Of a stretch of DNA of 60,217 bases, positions 45,563 through 54,304 are shown one piece after another. A model generated the notes under the pieces. That model was not told where the DNA came from. It made no database searches and saw only the letters and a program-made list of their open reading frames with translations. Made by a program: the position numbers and the translations under genes. Position 1 is the first letter of the stretch; each line of letters starts with the position of its first letter. This DNA is from Candidatus Limnocylindria bacterium (GTDB taxonomy: Bacteria > Chloroflexota > Limnocylindria > QHBO01): NCBI GenBank assembly GCA_036265975.1, contig DATAOD010000225.1:1-60217 (forward strand), in the 5' to 3' direction.

Positions 45563-46488
45563 GCCGCGTGCGAGGTGGTCGGCTGCAGCCAGGCGGCCAG
45601 GTCCCTGCCGATGAGCTCGCCAAGCTCGCCGATCTCCGGCGCGAACTCGGCAAGGAGCCGCTCCCGCAGAGTGGGGTCCATCGGCTGTCGGCGCTGGGGG
45701 GTGCTGTTGATCCGCAGGAGGCGCTCGCGCACGGCATGCGCCAGCGGAAAGCGGCGAATGACCGGCACCAGCTTGAGCAGCGGCCCCGGCGGCTGGTAGA
45801 CCATCCGCTGCAGCGTCGGAAAGCGGACGCGCTTGTTCGGGTTGCTGATGGCGAACGGCGGGCGGAAGCCGGGGTCGACGCCAAGGAACTCCAGCACGGT
45901 GCGGTAGACCCCAGGCGTGTCGTCGCGGAAGTCGTCGTAGAGGATGACCAGCACCCGCTCCTGGCCGAACGCCTCGAAGTAGCGCCGCAGCTGCTCGGCG
46001 AAGTGGACGCTCTCGCGGTAGAAGAGGTTCTCCACTCGCAGCGGGCCTGGCGGGAGGCGTTCGCCGCGCCGTCGCGCTGGCTCCGCCTCGAGCGCCGCCC
46101 CGAAGTCCGCGATGTCCTCCTCCACGTTGAACAGCAGCTGGCTGTGCTGCGCGTACATGACGTCCACCGGATTGCGCAGCATCACGATGATCCGCGCCTC
46201 GGGTGCTGCGGCCTTGATCTCGGCGGCGGCCGAGCGCGAGTAGAGGTACCAGGCCGATGCCTCCCCGATGCGCTGGCCGGGGCGTGCGGGCGCGAACAGC
46301 GCCTCGTACTGGCTCAGAGGCATGCGGCCGTAGCGCCGCGTCAGGTCCTCGCCGAAATAGAGCGGCTCCTTGTGGAACGGCATGAACACCTGCGGATGGG
46401 GCCGCAGGTAGTCGTACATGGCCGTGGTGCCGCACTTGAACGCGCCGACGATGTAGAAATCGGGGAGGGGCATGAATGGTCCTGACAC
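45559..46488 (-). CDS. sulfotransferase, paralog 3
   Basis: LPDFYIVGAFKCGTTAMYDYLRPHPQVFMPFHKEPLYFG..VMLRNPVDVMYAQHSQ. 4-nt overlap with paralog 2. Confidence 0.85.
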   Translation of the reverse strand: MSGPFMPLPDFYIVGAFKCGTTAMYDYLRPHPQVFMPFHKEPLYFGEDLTRRYGRMPLSQYEALFAPARPGQRIGEASAWYLYSRSAAAEIKAAAPEARIIVMLRNPVDVMYAQHSQLLFNVEEDIADFGAALEAEPARRRGERLPPGPLRVENLFYRESVHFAEQLRRYFEAFGQERVLVILYDDFRDDTPGVYRTVLEFLGVDPGFRPPFAISNPNKRVRFPTLQRMVYQPPGPLLKLVPVIRRFPLAHAVRERLLRINSTPQRRQPMDPTLRERLLAEFAPEIGELGELIGRDLAAWLQPTTSHAA

Positions 46489-46592
46489 AGCGACGTCAGC
46501 GTTTGACGCCCGCCCTGCTAGCCTAGCGCGAGCGCGACTCGCCGGCTCCCGCCCCCGGCCCCGGCCGAGCTCGAATCGGAGGAGACTGCCTC

Positions 46593-48200
46593 TTGCCTGA
46601 GCCCTGGCTCCCTGCCGACCATGGCACGGAGCAGGAGGGCCTGCGGCGCAAGGTCGCCCACGGCCTGACCTGGACGTTCATCCACACCTGGGGCGGGCAG
46701 GGCCTGAGCCTGCTGGTCTTCCTGGTGCTGGCGCGCCTCCTGACGCCTTCCCAGTTCGGGCTCGTCGCGCTGGCCGCCGTGTTCGTGGCGCTGGCCCAGC
46801 TGGTCATCGACCAGGGATTCGGCGACGCCATCATCCAGCGCCCCACCGTGACGCGCGGCCATATCGACACGGCCTTCTGGGTGGCGGTGGCCACCGGCAC
46901 GCTGCTGGCCATCATCGGGGTGCTGGCCGCCGGGCCGCTGTCGGTCCTGCTGGACGAGCCGCGCCTGACACCCATCCTGCAGGTCCTCTCGCTGCTGTTC
47001 ATCGTCTCGTCGCTGGGCAGCACCCAGCAGGCGCTGCTCCGGCGCGAGCTCGCGTTCCGCAGCCTCGCCACCCGCGGCCTGCTGGCGCTGGCCGGCGGCG
47101 GGGCGGTCGGCATCGTGATGGCGTTTCTCAACTTCGGCGCCTGGGCGCTGGTCGGCCAGCAGATCGCGGCGGCGCTGATCGGCGTGGTCACACTGTGGAC
47201 CATCAGCCCATGGCGGCCGGGCCTCGAGGTCTCCCGCCAGAACTTCGTGGAGCTGTTCAACTTCGGCATCAAGGTCGTCGGCTCCGACGTGCTGACGTTT
47301 CTGAGCCGCAACACGGACAACCTGCTCATCGGCGTATTCCTGGGATCGCGGCTGCTTGGCATCTACGCGGTGGCCTATCGGATCCTGGACACCAGCCAGA
47401 AGGTGCTGGTAAGCGTGTCGCGCCGGCTGGCCTTCCCAGCACTATCCAAGTTGCAGGGCGACCCGGAGCGGATGAAGCGGGCCTACCTCAAGCTGACGCG
47501 CATCGCAGGGTCAGCGATCCTGCCGGGCTACGTCGGCCTCGCCCTGGTCGCGCCGGAGATGACTGTCTTCCTGTTCGGATTCAAATGGCAGGACGCGGGA
47601 CCGGTGGCATCCATCCTGTTCCTGATCGGCCCGGTGCTGTCCATGCAGGCCTTCTCCACGTCGCTGCTCACCGCCGCGGGCTATCCGGACGTGGTGTTTC
47701 GCTTCCGGCTGATCACGACCGTGACGAACGTGGTGGGCTTCATCATCGCCGTGCAGTTCGGCAAGGACATCCTGTGGGTGGCGGTCGCCTACTCGGTGCG
47801 CGGCTACCTGCTGCTCCCCCTCAACCTTTCGTGGCAGAACCGCTACGGCGGCATCAACACGCGCGAGTATCTGGCCCAGCTGAAAGGCACCATCCTGGCC
47901 ACCCTGGCCATGACGGCGGCGGTGCTGGGCATCAAGTTCGGGCTGGGCAGCAGGGTGGGGAACTCCATGCTGCTTCTCCTGGAGGTCGTCACCGCCGCAA
48001 TCGTGTTCGTGGCGGTCATGTGGATCGCCAACCGCACGCTGCTGTACGAGATGCTGCGGGTGGGACGCCAGAGCATCCCGGGCATCAATCGGCTGGGGCG
48101 GCTGTTCACCAGCCGCCGCCGCGCGGCCGCGGCCTCCCGCGAGCCGGCCGCCGAGGCAAAGGCCGATGCGCTGTCGCCATCGACTCGGGGCGAGGAGTGA
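46593..48200 (+). CDS. polysaccharide flippase (Wzx, MOP/PST superfamily), second copy in the window
   Basis: TTG start after ggagga. LRRKVAHGLTWTFIHTWGGQGLSLLVFLVLARLLTPSQFG.. followed by about 12-14 TM helices. Confidence 0.8.
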   Translation: MPEPWLPADHGTEQEGLRRKVAHGLTWTFIHTWGGQGLSLLVFLVLARLLTPSQFGLVALAAVFVALAQLVIDQGFGDAIIQRPTVTRGHIDTAFWVAVATGTLLAIIGVLAAGPLSVLLDEPRLTPILQVLSLLFIVSSLGSTQQALLRRELAFRSLATRGLLALAGGGAVGIVMAFLNFGAWALVGQQIAAALIGVVTLWTISPWRPGLEVSRQNFVELFNFGIKVVGSDVLTFLSRNTDNLLIGVFLGSRLLGIYAVAYRILDTSQKVLVSVSRRLAFPALSKLQGDPERMKRAYLKLTRIAGSAILPGYVGLALVAPEMTVFLFGFKWQDAGPVASILFLIGPVLSMQAFSTSLLTAAGYPDVVFRFRLITTVTNVVGFIIAVQFGKDILWVAVAYSVRGYLLLPLNLSWQNRYGGINTREYLAQLKGTILATLAMTAAVLGIKFGLGSRVGNSMLLLLEVVTAAIVFVAVMWIANRTLLYEMLRVGRQSIPGINRLGRLFTSRRRAAAASREPAAEAKADALSPSTRGEE

Positions 48201-48216
48201 GCGAGGAGTGAGCGAG
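48190..48216. repeat. 11-bp tandem repeat gcgaggagtga x2.4 at the Wzx/TagF junction
   Basis: Read directly: gcgaggagtga gcgaggagtga gcgag. The first unit carries the Wzx stop. The second creates GGAG+GTG (48208) in the frame of the next gene. Confidence 0.7.
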
Positions 48217-48282
48217 CCGGAGCGGCCCCGCGAAGAGCCGGCGGGGACCCCGACCGAGCAGCCGGAGAAGCTGGGCAGGGCC

Positions 48283-49545
48283 ATGTGGGGCCTCAGCGGC
48301 GCACGTCCGGGCCTGCGCATGGCCGCCAAGCTCGCGCGCCGCAACGCGATGTCGGCCGTGTTCCAGGCCAGCCGCCTGTCACGTCGTGACAAGCGCATCT
48401 GGCTCTTCGGCAACCACAAGGGCTTTCGCGACAACCCCCGCTACCTGGCAGAGCACCTGGTGGCGGAGCACCCGGAGATCCAGGTCTGGTGGCAGGCCCG
48501 CAGCCGGAGGGAGGCGGAAGCCGCGCGCGCGGCCGGCCTCCGGGTGGTGATGCGCAGCTCGAGAGCCGGCGCCCGATTGCACCTGAAGGCCGGCGTCGCG
48601 TTCCTGTGTTCCGGCTTCATGGATCTGCGCGTCCCGCGCCTTGGCGGCGCGTACATCGTGCACCTCTACCACGGCACCGCCCTGAAGCGGATCTCCTTGG
48701 ACGTGGAGTTCGAGCGCTTCGTGACCGGCTCCTCGTTCCTGCGCTGGTACGCCCGGCGGCAGCACGCCGGGCTGCAGGCACGCCATCGCCGCGTATCCAT
48801 GGTCGTCGCGGCCGGGAGGCTTGCCCAGCGTCGCTTCGAGACCGCCTTTGGCCTGCCCGCCGAACGCATCCCGGTGCTCGGCACGCCACGCTTCGACGTG
48901 ATCCGCGGCGGTCCTGCCTACGACCGGGTTGCCGGCGGCGATCTCCGCAAGCGCCTCGGCATCGGGGCCGATGACCACCTGGTCGTCTGGCTGCCCACCT
49001 GGCGCGAGGCCGGCGACGCCGGCTGGCTGCCGGCGGTCGACGCGGGGGCGGTGCAGACGGCTTTCGGCGGCAGCAGGGTCAAGATGCTCGTCAAGCCGCA
49101 CCCCTACGCTGATTTCGACGTGTATCGCGACCGACTGCCCGATCATCCCGCCCTGCGCCTGCTTCCCGAGGACGACACGGACGTCAACTGCCTGCTGCGC
49201 ATCGCCGACACGCTGGTCACCGATTACTCCAGCGCGATCTTCGACTATGCGCTGCTCCATCGGCCCATCCACTTCTTCGCACCCGATGCGGCCGAGTACA
49301 CGCAGGGCCGTGGCTTCTACGAGCCGTACGACGACCTGACCGATGGGCGCCACCACCTGGCCTGGGACAGCCTGCTGCCCGCGCTGCGCGATGCTGCGGA
49401 GGGGAGCGATGGGGCCGGCCAGGCCATGGCCGAGCGCGTTGCGCGCCTGGCCGGCAACTGCGAGGAGCCTGGCAACTGCGAGCGCATCTTCCGCGCGGTG
49501 GCTGCCGCGGCCGGGGTGCCGGGCGTGGAGGCCGCGCCCGCGTGA
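48283..49545 (+). CDS. CDP-alditol:polymer alditol-phosphotransferase (TagB/TagF family), paralog 1
   Basis: LFGNHKGFRDNPRYLAEH..HLYHGTALKR..GTPRFD..VTDYSSAIFDYALLHRPIHFFAPD..GFYEPYDDL. The start is uncertain (48166, 48208 and 48283 are all in frame). Confidence 0.8.
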   Translation: MWGLSGARPGLRMAAKLARRNAMSAVFQASRLSRRDKRIWLFGNHKGFRDNPRYLAEHLVAEHPEIQVWWQARSRREAEAARAAGLRVVMRSSRAGARLHLKAGVAFLCSGFMDLRVPRLGGAYIVHLYHGTALKRISLDVEFERFVTGSSFLRWYARRQHAGLQARHRRVSMVVAAGRLAQRRFETAFGLPAERIPVLGTPRFDVIRGGPAYDRVAGGDLRKRLGIGADDHLVVWLPTWREAGDAGWLPAVDAGAVQTAFGGSRVKMLVKPHPYADFDVYRDRLPDHPALRLLPEDDTDVNCLLRIADTLVTDYSSAIFDYALLHRPIHFFAPDAAEYTQGRGFYEPYDDLTDGRHHLAWDSLLPALRDAAEGSDGAGQAMAERVARLAGNCEEPGNCERIFRAVAAAAGVPGVEAAPA

Positions 49546-50846
49546 CGGAGGACATGCCCCGGGCCATCACCGCCCCCATCAAGGAGCTGCAGGGCGAGGG
49601 TGGCGGCGCGCGGCGCATGGTGATCAGCTTCGTCCGGCGCACGGGCGGGGCAGGGATCTACTACCTCAGCCGCCTGTCTCGGCGCGATCGACGGGTGTGG
49701 GTGTTCGGCAACCACAAGGGGTTCCGGGACAACCCGCGCTACCTGGCCGAGCACATCGTCCATGCCCACCCGGAGCTGCAGCCATGGTGGATAGCCCGCA
49801 CGCCGGGCGAGGCGAAGATGGCGAGGGAAGCGGGCCTGCGGGTCACGATGTTCGCCAGCCGCGAGGCTGCGCGCATCCAGCGCCACGCCGGCGTCGCCTT
49901 CCTGTCGAATGCCTTCATCGACCTGCGCGCGCCGTACCTGGGCGGGGCGCTCATCGTGCACCTCTACCACGGCACGGCGCTGAAGCGTGTGCTGCTGGAC
50001 ATGGACGTGACGCGCGTGATGCGCGAGTCGCTCGCGACGCGGGCGTTCAAGCGCTTCCACCGCTGGTCCATCGCGCGGCGGCTGCGCCAGGTGGACCTGA
50101 TCATGGCCGCAGGTGAGCTCGCCCGGGAGCGCTTCGTGACCGCCTTCGGCATCCCGGCCGAGCGCATCCCGCCGGTGGGCACGCCGCGCTTCGACGTGAT
50201 CCAGGGCGGCGCCGCCTACGACCGGGTGGTACACGGCGACCTGCGTGCCCAGCTGGGCGTCAAGCCGAACGAGCACCTGGTGCTGTGGCTGCCCACCTGG
50301 CGCGAGCATGGGGACGCCGCCTGGCTGCCGCCGTTGGACGCCGCCACCGTGGACGAGGCGTTCGGCGGCACGAACGTGGTGATGCTGGTCAAGACCCATC
50401 CGTATGCCGACCACGAGGTGTACGGGGAGCGGCTGCCGCAGCATCCCAAGGTCCGGCTGCTGCCGGAGGCGGACGTGGACGTGAACACGTTGCTGCGCAT
50501 CGCCGACACGCTGGTGACCGACTACTCGAGCGCTTTCTTCGACTACGCCCTGCTGGAGCGGCCCATCCACTTCTTCGCGCCGGATACCGGCGAGTACCGC
50601 GGCGGCCGTGGCCTGTACGAGCCGTTCGAGAACCTCACCGGCGACCAGCACCACACCGAGTGGCGTTCGCTGCTGCTGGCGCTGGCCGACGCCTCGCGCG
50701 GCGAGGACGAGCAGGGCATGGCCATGATGCGGCGGGTGGTCGCCATGGCGCGCAACAACACCGAGCCCGGCAGCTGCGAGCGGATCGTGCAGACGGTGGC
50801 GCGCGCCGCCGGCGTCACGCTGGCCCCAGCGGTCGAGGAGACCTAG
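49542..50846 (+). CDS. CDP-alditol:polymer alditol-phosphotransferase (TagB/TagF family), paralog 2
   Basis: GTGA overlap with paralog 1. VFGNHKGFRDNPRYLAEH..VTDYSSAFFDYALLERPIHFFAPD..GLYEPFENL. Roughly two-thirds identical to paralog 1 by eye. Confidence 0.85.
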   Translation: MTEDMPRAITAPIKELQGEGGGARRMVISFVRRTGGAGIYYLSRLSRRDRRVWVFGNHKGFRDNPRYLAEHIVHAHPELQPWWIARTPGEAKMAREAGLRVTMFASREAARIQRHAGVAFLSNAFIDLRAPYLGGALIVHLYHGTALKRVLLDMDVTRVMRESLATRAFKRFHRWSIARRLRQVDLIMAAGELARERFVTAFGIPAERIPPVGTPRFDVIQGGAAYDRVVHGDLRAQLGVKPNEHLVLWLPTWREHGDAAWLPPLDAATVDEAFGGTNVVMLVKTHPYADHEVYGERLPQHPKVRLLPEADVDVNTLLRIADTLVTDYSSAFFDYALLERPIHFFAPDTGEYRGGRGLYEPFENLTGDQHHTEWRSLLLALADASRGEDEQGMAMMRRVVAMARNNTEPGSCERIVQTVARAAGVTLAPAVEET

Positions 50847-51586
50847 CCGGCGCCTTCCTTGAGAAACGACGGCAGCAGCCGCCGCGCATTGTCCAGGTCC
50901 TCGGCGAAGTCGATCTCCGTCCAGGCTCGGCCACGGGTCGGCACGGCCATGGCCTCGGCTCCGCCATCGGCAAGCAGGCGGTTGATGGCGGCCTCGAAGT
51001 AGGAGCCAATGGCGCCATCGGCCACCTCGTCCTCCATCGCCCGCACCAGTCCCGGCACGATCTGCCTGCGAAAGAGCCCGATGCCGATGAACTCGCCCGC
51101 GGTCCGCTCTTCGGGCAGCTCCTTCGACAGGTGCAGCACGCGGTCGCCCGCGACCTCCGCCTTCATCTGCTCCGGCTCGCCGGCACGCATGTCGACCGGC
51201 AGCGCGATGTCGGCATCGGCGGCCAGGATGTCGTCCAGGATGGTCGGGTCGAAGACCGTGTCGGCGTGGGCGTACACGAAGTCGTCGTCCAGCCGGTCTC
51301 GGGCGAACCAGGCCGAGCCGAGCACGTTGGTCACGCTCCAGAAGGGGTTGAACACGAACTCCAGCCGGATGCGCCCGGCGGCGCGCCGCTCGGCAGCCGC
51401 CTGCAGCAGGTCCCGTCGGTAGCCCACCACCAGCACGACACGGCTGACGCCGCGAGCGATGAGCACGTCGAGCTGCAGCTCCAGCGGGGTGATGCCGCCC
51501 AGGTCGATCAGGGACTTCGGCAGCTCGTCGGTCAGGCCGCCCAGCCGCGAGCCGCGGCCGGCCGCCATGATCAGTGCATCGGTCAC
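50843..51586 (-). CDS. nucleotidyltransferase (LicC-like small phospho-alcohol/sugar-phosphate NTP transferase)
   Basis: ALIMAAGRGSRLGGLTDELPKSLIDLGG..VVGYRRD..FNPFWSVTNVLGSAWFA..W.EIDFAEDL. Confidence 0.75.
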   Translation of the reverse strand: MTDALIMAAGRGSRLGGLTDELPKSLIDLGGITPLELQLDVLIARGVSRVVLVVGYRRDLLQAAAERRAAGRIRLEFVFNPFWSVTNVLGSAWFARDRLDDDFVYAHADTVFDPTILDDILAADADIALPVDMRAGEPEQMKAEVAGDRVLHLSKELPEERTAGEFIGIGLFRRQIVPGLVRAMEDEVADGAIGSYFEAAINRLLADGGAEAMAVPTRGRAWTEIDFAEDLDNARRLLPSFLKEGAG

Positions 51587-52731
51587 CAGCTCGCCTCGTA
51601 GAGCGCCAGCAGGGCGTCGGGGTCCGTTGGCCCCGGGTCGTTCTCGAGCGTGCCCTCCACCATGCTCGCCAGTCGCGGCAGGTCCTCGCGGCCGATGCCC
51701 AGGTCCCGCAGGCGCGGCTGCAGGTCGATGCGCTCCATGAACTCCAGCGCCGCCTTCGCTACCGCGGCCGCGGCCTCGGTCTCGTCGCGTGCCGCGCTGC
51801 CGACCCTCTCGGCAAACGCCGCCAGCCGCTCGGGGGCGTGGACCATTACCCGCGCCAGCCAGGCCGGCGTGATGGCGGCCACGCCCGTTGCGTGCTCGCT
51901 GCGCGCCACGGAGCCCAGCGGGTACTGCATGCGGTGGGGCAGGCAGGTGGTCGAGTTCGCCAGGTTGATGCCCATCAGCAGCGCTGCGTAGCTGGCCGAG
52001 CCGCGTGCGGACACGTCGTCCGGCGCAGCCAGGGCGCGCGGCACGGCGTCGAGCAGGCGCGGGAACGCCTCCAGCGCCAGCATGCGGGTTGCCGGGCTGG
52101 CGGCCCGCGAGACGGTCGTCTCAACGGCATGCGCCAAGGCGTCGAACCCGGCGCGCGCGGTGACCCTTGGCGGGCAGCCGACGACGAGCTCGGGATCCAC
52201 GATCGCCGCACGTGCCGCGACCCCTCGACCCCGGATGCCGTGCTTCCGGCCCGTGTCCGGATCCATGACGATGGCGCCGCGGCTGACCTCCGCCCCTGAG
52301 CCGGCGGTGGTGGGCAGCGCGACCACCGGCAGGCCGACGGGAGTGTCGAAGCGCGGCCCGGTGGCCAGCTGCTCCGCATCAATCACCGAGCGAGCGCTGA
52401 TGGCTGCCGCCTTGGCCAGGTCCAGCACGCTGCCGCCACCGATCGCGACCACGACCTCGGTCCCGTGCTCGCGCAGGGTGTCCGCGGCGCTCATGACCGC
52501 GCCGATCTCCGGCTCGCCGTCCACCTGCCAGCGCGCCACCACCTCCACGTCCGCCTCGCGCAGCGACGACTCCAGCTCGGCGGCGTGCGGGCCGGAGGTG
52601 AAGGAGCGCTTCCCAGTGAGCAGCGCAGCGCGCGTTCCGAAGCCGGCCGCCACCGTGCCGACCTGCGCTCGGCGCCCGGCGCCGAAGGTGATGGTCGTGT
52701 CGAGCCCGAACGCGAACGGCTCCACGCTCAT
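51583..52731 (-). CDS. iron-containing (group III) alcohol dehydrogenase family protein
   Basis: 382 aa. VVVAIGGGSVLDLAKAAA..LPTTAGSGAEVS. His-rich metal-site region FDALAHAVE. Confidence 0.8.
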   Translation of the reverse strand: MSVEPFAFGLDTTITFGAGRRAQVGTVAAGFGTRAALLTGKRSFTSGPHAAELESSLREADVEVVARWQVDGEPEIGAVMSAADTLREHGTEVVVAIGGGSVLDLAKAAAISARSVIDAEQLATGPRFDTPVGLPVVALPTTAGSGAEVSRGAIVMDPDTGRKHGIRGRGVAARAAIVDPELVVGCPPRVTARAGFDALAHAVETTVSRAASPATRMLALEAFPRLLDAVPRALAAPDDVSARGSASYAALLMGINLANSTTCLPHRMQYPLGSVARSEHATGVAAITPAWLARVMVHAPERLAAFAERVGSAARDETEAAAAVAKAALEFMERIDLQPRLRDLGIGREDLPRLASMVEGTLENDPGPTDPDALLALYEASW

Positions 52732-52741
52732 CGGCCGCGCC

Positions 52742-54280
52742 TCACAGGTTCTCGGTGTAGGCGGGCTTGGTGCGCAGCACTTCCCGATGCAGGCCGATCA
52801 GCCGCTCGCGCTCGTCGAACAGCTCGCGGAGGCTGGCGTACAGGCCGCGATACACGCCGAAGAAGTCGCGGTACATGGCGGTGCGATGCTCGTTGGGCTC
52901 GTACTCGTCGTCGAAGTCGACGCACGCGGCACTTGCCTCGGACAGGGAGGCGTAGCGGCCACTGGATACCAGCGCCACCAGGGCGGCGCCCAGGGCCGTG
53001 GTCTCGATCTCCCGGGTCGTTCGCACCGGCACGCCCAGCATGTCCGCCTTGATCTGGTTGATGGGCACCAGCCGCGCCAGGCCGCCGGACGCCGACACGC
53101 GATCGATCCGCACCCCCGCTTCACGCAGCCGTTCCGCGATGTCCAGAACGCTGAAGGCGGCGCCCTCGAACACGGCACGGATGAGGTCCGGTCGCTGGTG
53201 GTTGCGCCCCAGCCCGAAGAAGACGGCGCGTGCGTTGGCGTCCCAGACCGGCGCCCGCTCGCCGAGCAGGTAGGGCAGGAACGTGATGCCGGCCGCGCCC
53301 GGCGGCGCATCGGCCGCCTCGCTGGTCATGGCGGCATACGGGTCTGCCTCACCGGCGTACAGCAGCTGCTTGGCCCATTCGATGATGCCGCCACCCAGGT
53401 TGTTCGAGCCGCCGGCCAGGAAGTGGCCGGGCGCCGCGTGGGGCGCAACGAACAGGCCGCCGCCCTCGTCGCCCAGGTCTCGATCGGTGACGACGCGGAA
53501 GCTGGTGACGGTGCCGGAGACATCGCACGCGTCGCCGACATCGGCCACCCCGGCGCCGTACACCGCGCAGATGGCGTCGTAGGTGGAGACCACTGCGCGC
53601 GCGTCATCGGGCAGTCCGTAGCGGCTGATGAGCTCGCCGCGCAGGGGTATCGTCCGACCGCCGGGAGCCACGACCGGTGGCAGGGTCTCCAGCTCGATGC
53701 CCAGCGACTGCAGCAGGCAGTCGGGATAGGCGCCGGTGCCCGGGTCGTACAGGTATTTGCTGGCGTTGTGATGGTCGGTGACCATCTCGCCGGTGAGGCG
53801 GTGCAGCAGGAAGTCGTTCGGCGTGGCGAACCAATCGGCTGCCGCGAAGCGCTCCGGCTCGTTCTCCTTGACCCAGACGATCTTGGGCAGCACCAGGTCG
53901 GAGGTGACCCGCCCCCGGCTGTTGCCGAGCTCGGCGAACTCCGGCGAGGCCTCGATCCGGGCCGCCTGCTGCGCCGCGCGGACGTCGCTGATCATGATCG
54001 CGTTCCCCAGCGCGGTCCCGTCGCGTGTCATCGGCACCAGGCAGCCGGCGGACGCGGTCACGCTGAATAGCTGGACGTTGCGGGCGAGCTGCGGATCGGC
54101 CAGCACGTTGTCCAGCGCCTGCAGCCCGGCGTTCCACCAGTCGTCGGGGCGCTGCTCCACGCGACCCTCGCCCATCTCCGTGGCGATCGGATGATGCGAG
54201 ATGGCCAGGCGGCGCCCGTCCTCGTCGAACACGACCGCGCGCATGCTCTTGAGACCCAGGTTGACGACGCAGACGCTCAT
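52742..54280 (-). CDS. FGGY-family carbohydrate kinase (xylulokinase-like)
   Basis: VVNLGLKSMRAVVFDEDG..DDWW..PKIVWVKENEPE..YLLGERAPVWD..SGGLAR. Confidence 0.8.
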   Translation of the reverse strand: MSVCVVNLGLKSMRAVVFDEDGRRLAISHHPIATEMGEGRVEQRPDDWWNAGLQALDNVLADPQLARNVQLFSVTASAGCLVPMTRDGTALGNAIMISDVRAAQQAARIEASPEFAELGNSRGRVTSDLVLPKIVWVKENEPERFAAADWFATPNDFLLHRLTGEMVTDHHNASKYLYDPGTGAYPDCLLQSLGIELETLPPVVAPGGRTIPLRGELISRYGLPDDARAVVSTYDAICAVYGAGVADVGDACDVSGTVTSFRVVTDRDLGDEGGGLFVAPHAAPGHFLAGGSNNLGGGIIEWAKQLLYAGEADPYAAMTSEAADAPPGAAGITFLPYLLGERAPVWDANARAVFFGLGRNHQRPDLIRAVFEGAAFSVLDIAERLREAGVRIDRVSASGGLARLVPINQIKADMLGVPVRTTREIETTALGAALVALVSSGRYASLSEASAACVDFDDEYEPNEHRTAMYRDFFGVYRGLYASLRELFDERERLIGLHREVLRTKPAYTENL

Positions 54281-54304
54281 GCCGCGCGCCGCACCCGCAA
54301 GCGG

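Noticed and set aside
44663-46435. 590-aa minus-strand ORF that looks like a large fusion protein.
   Set aside because: Only its C-terminal 299 aa (from MKRPDFFIVGAFKAGTT, ATG at 45562) are sulfotransferase-like. The N-terminal half is an Arg/Pro/Ala-rich alternative frame of sulfotransferase paralog 3 (45559-46488).
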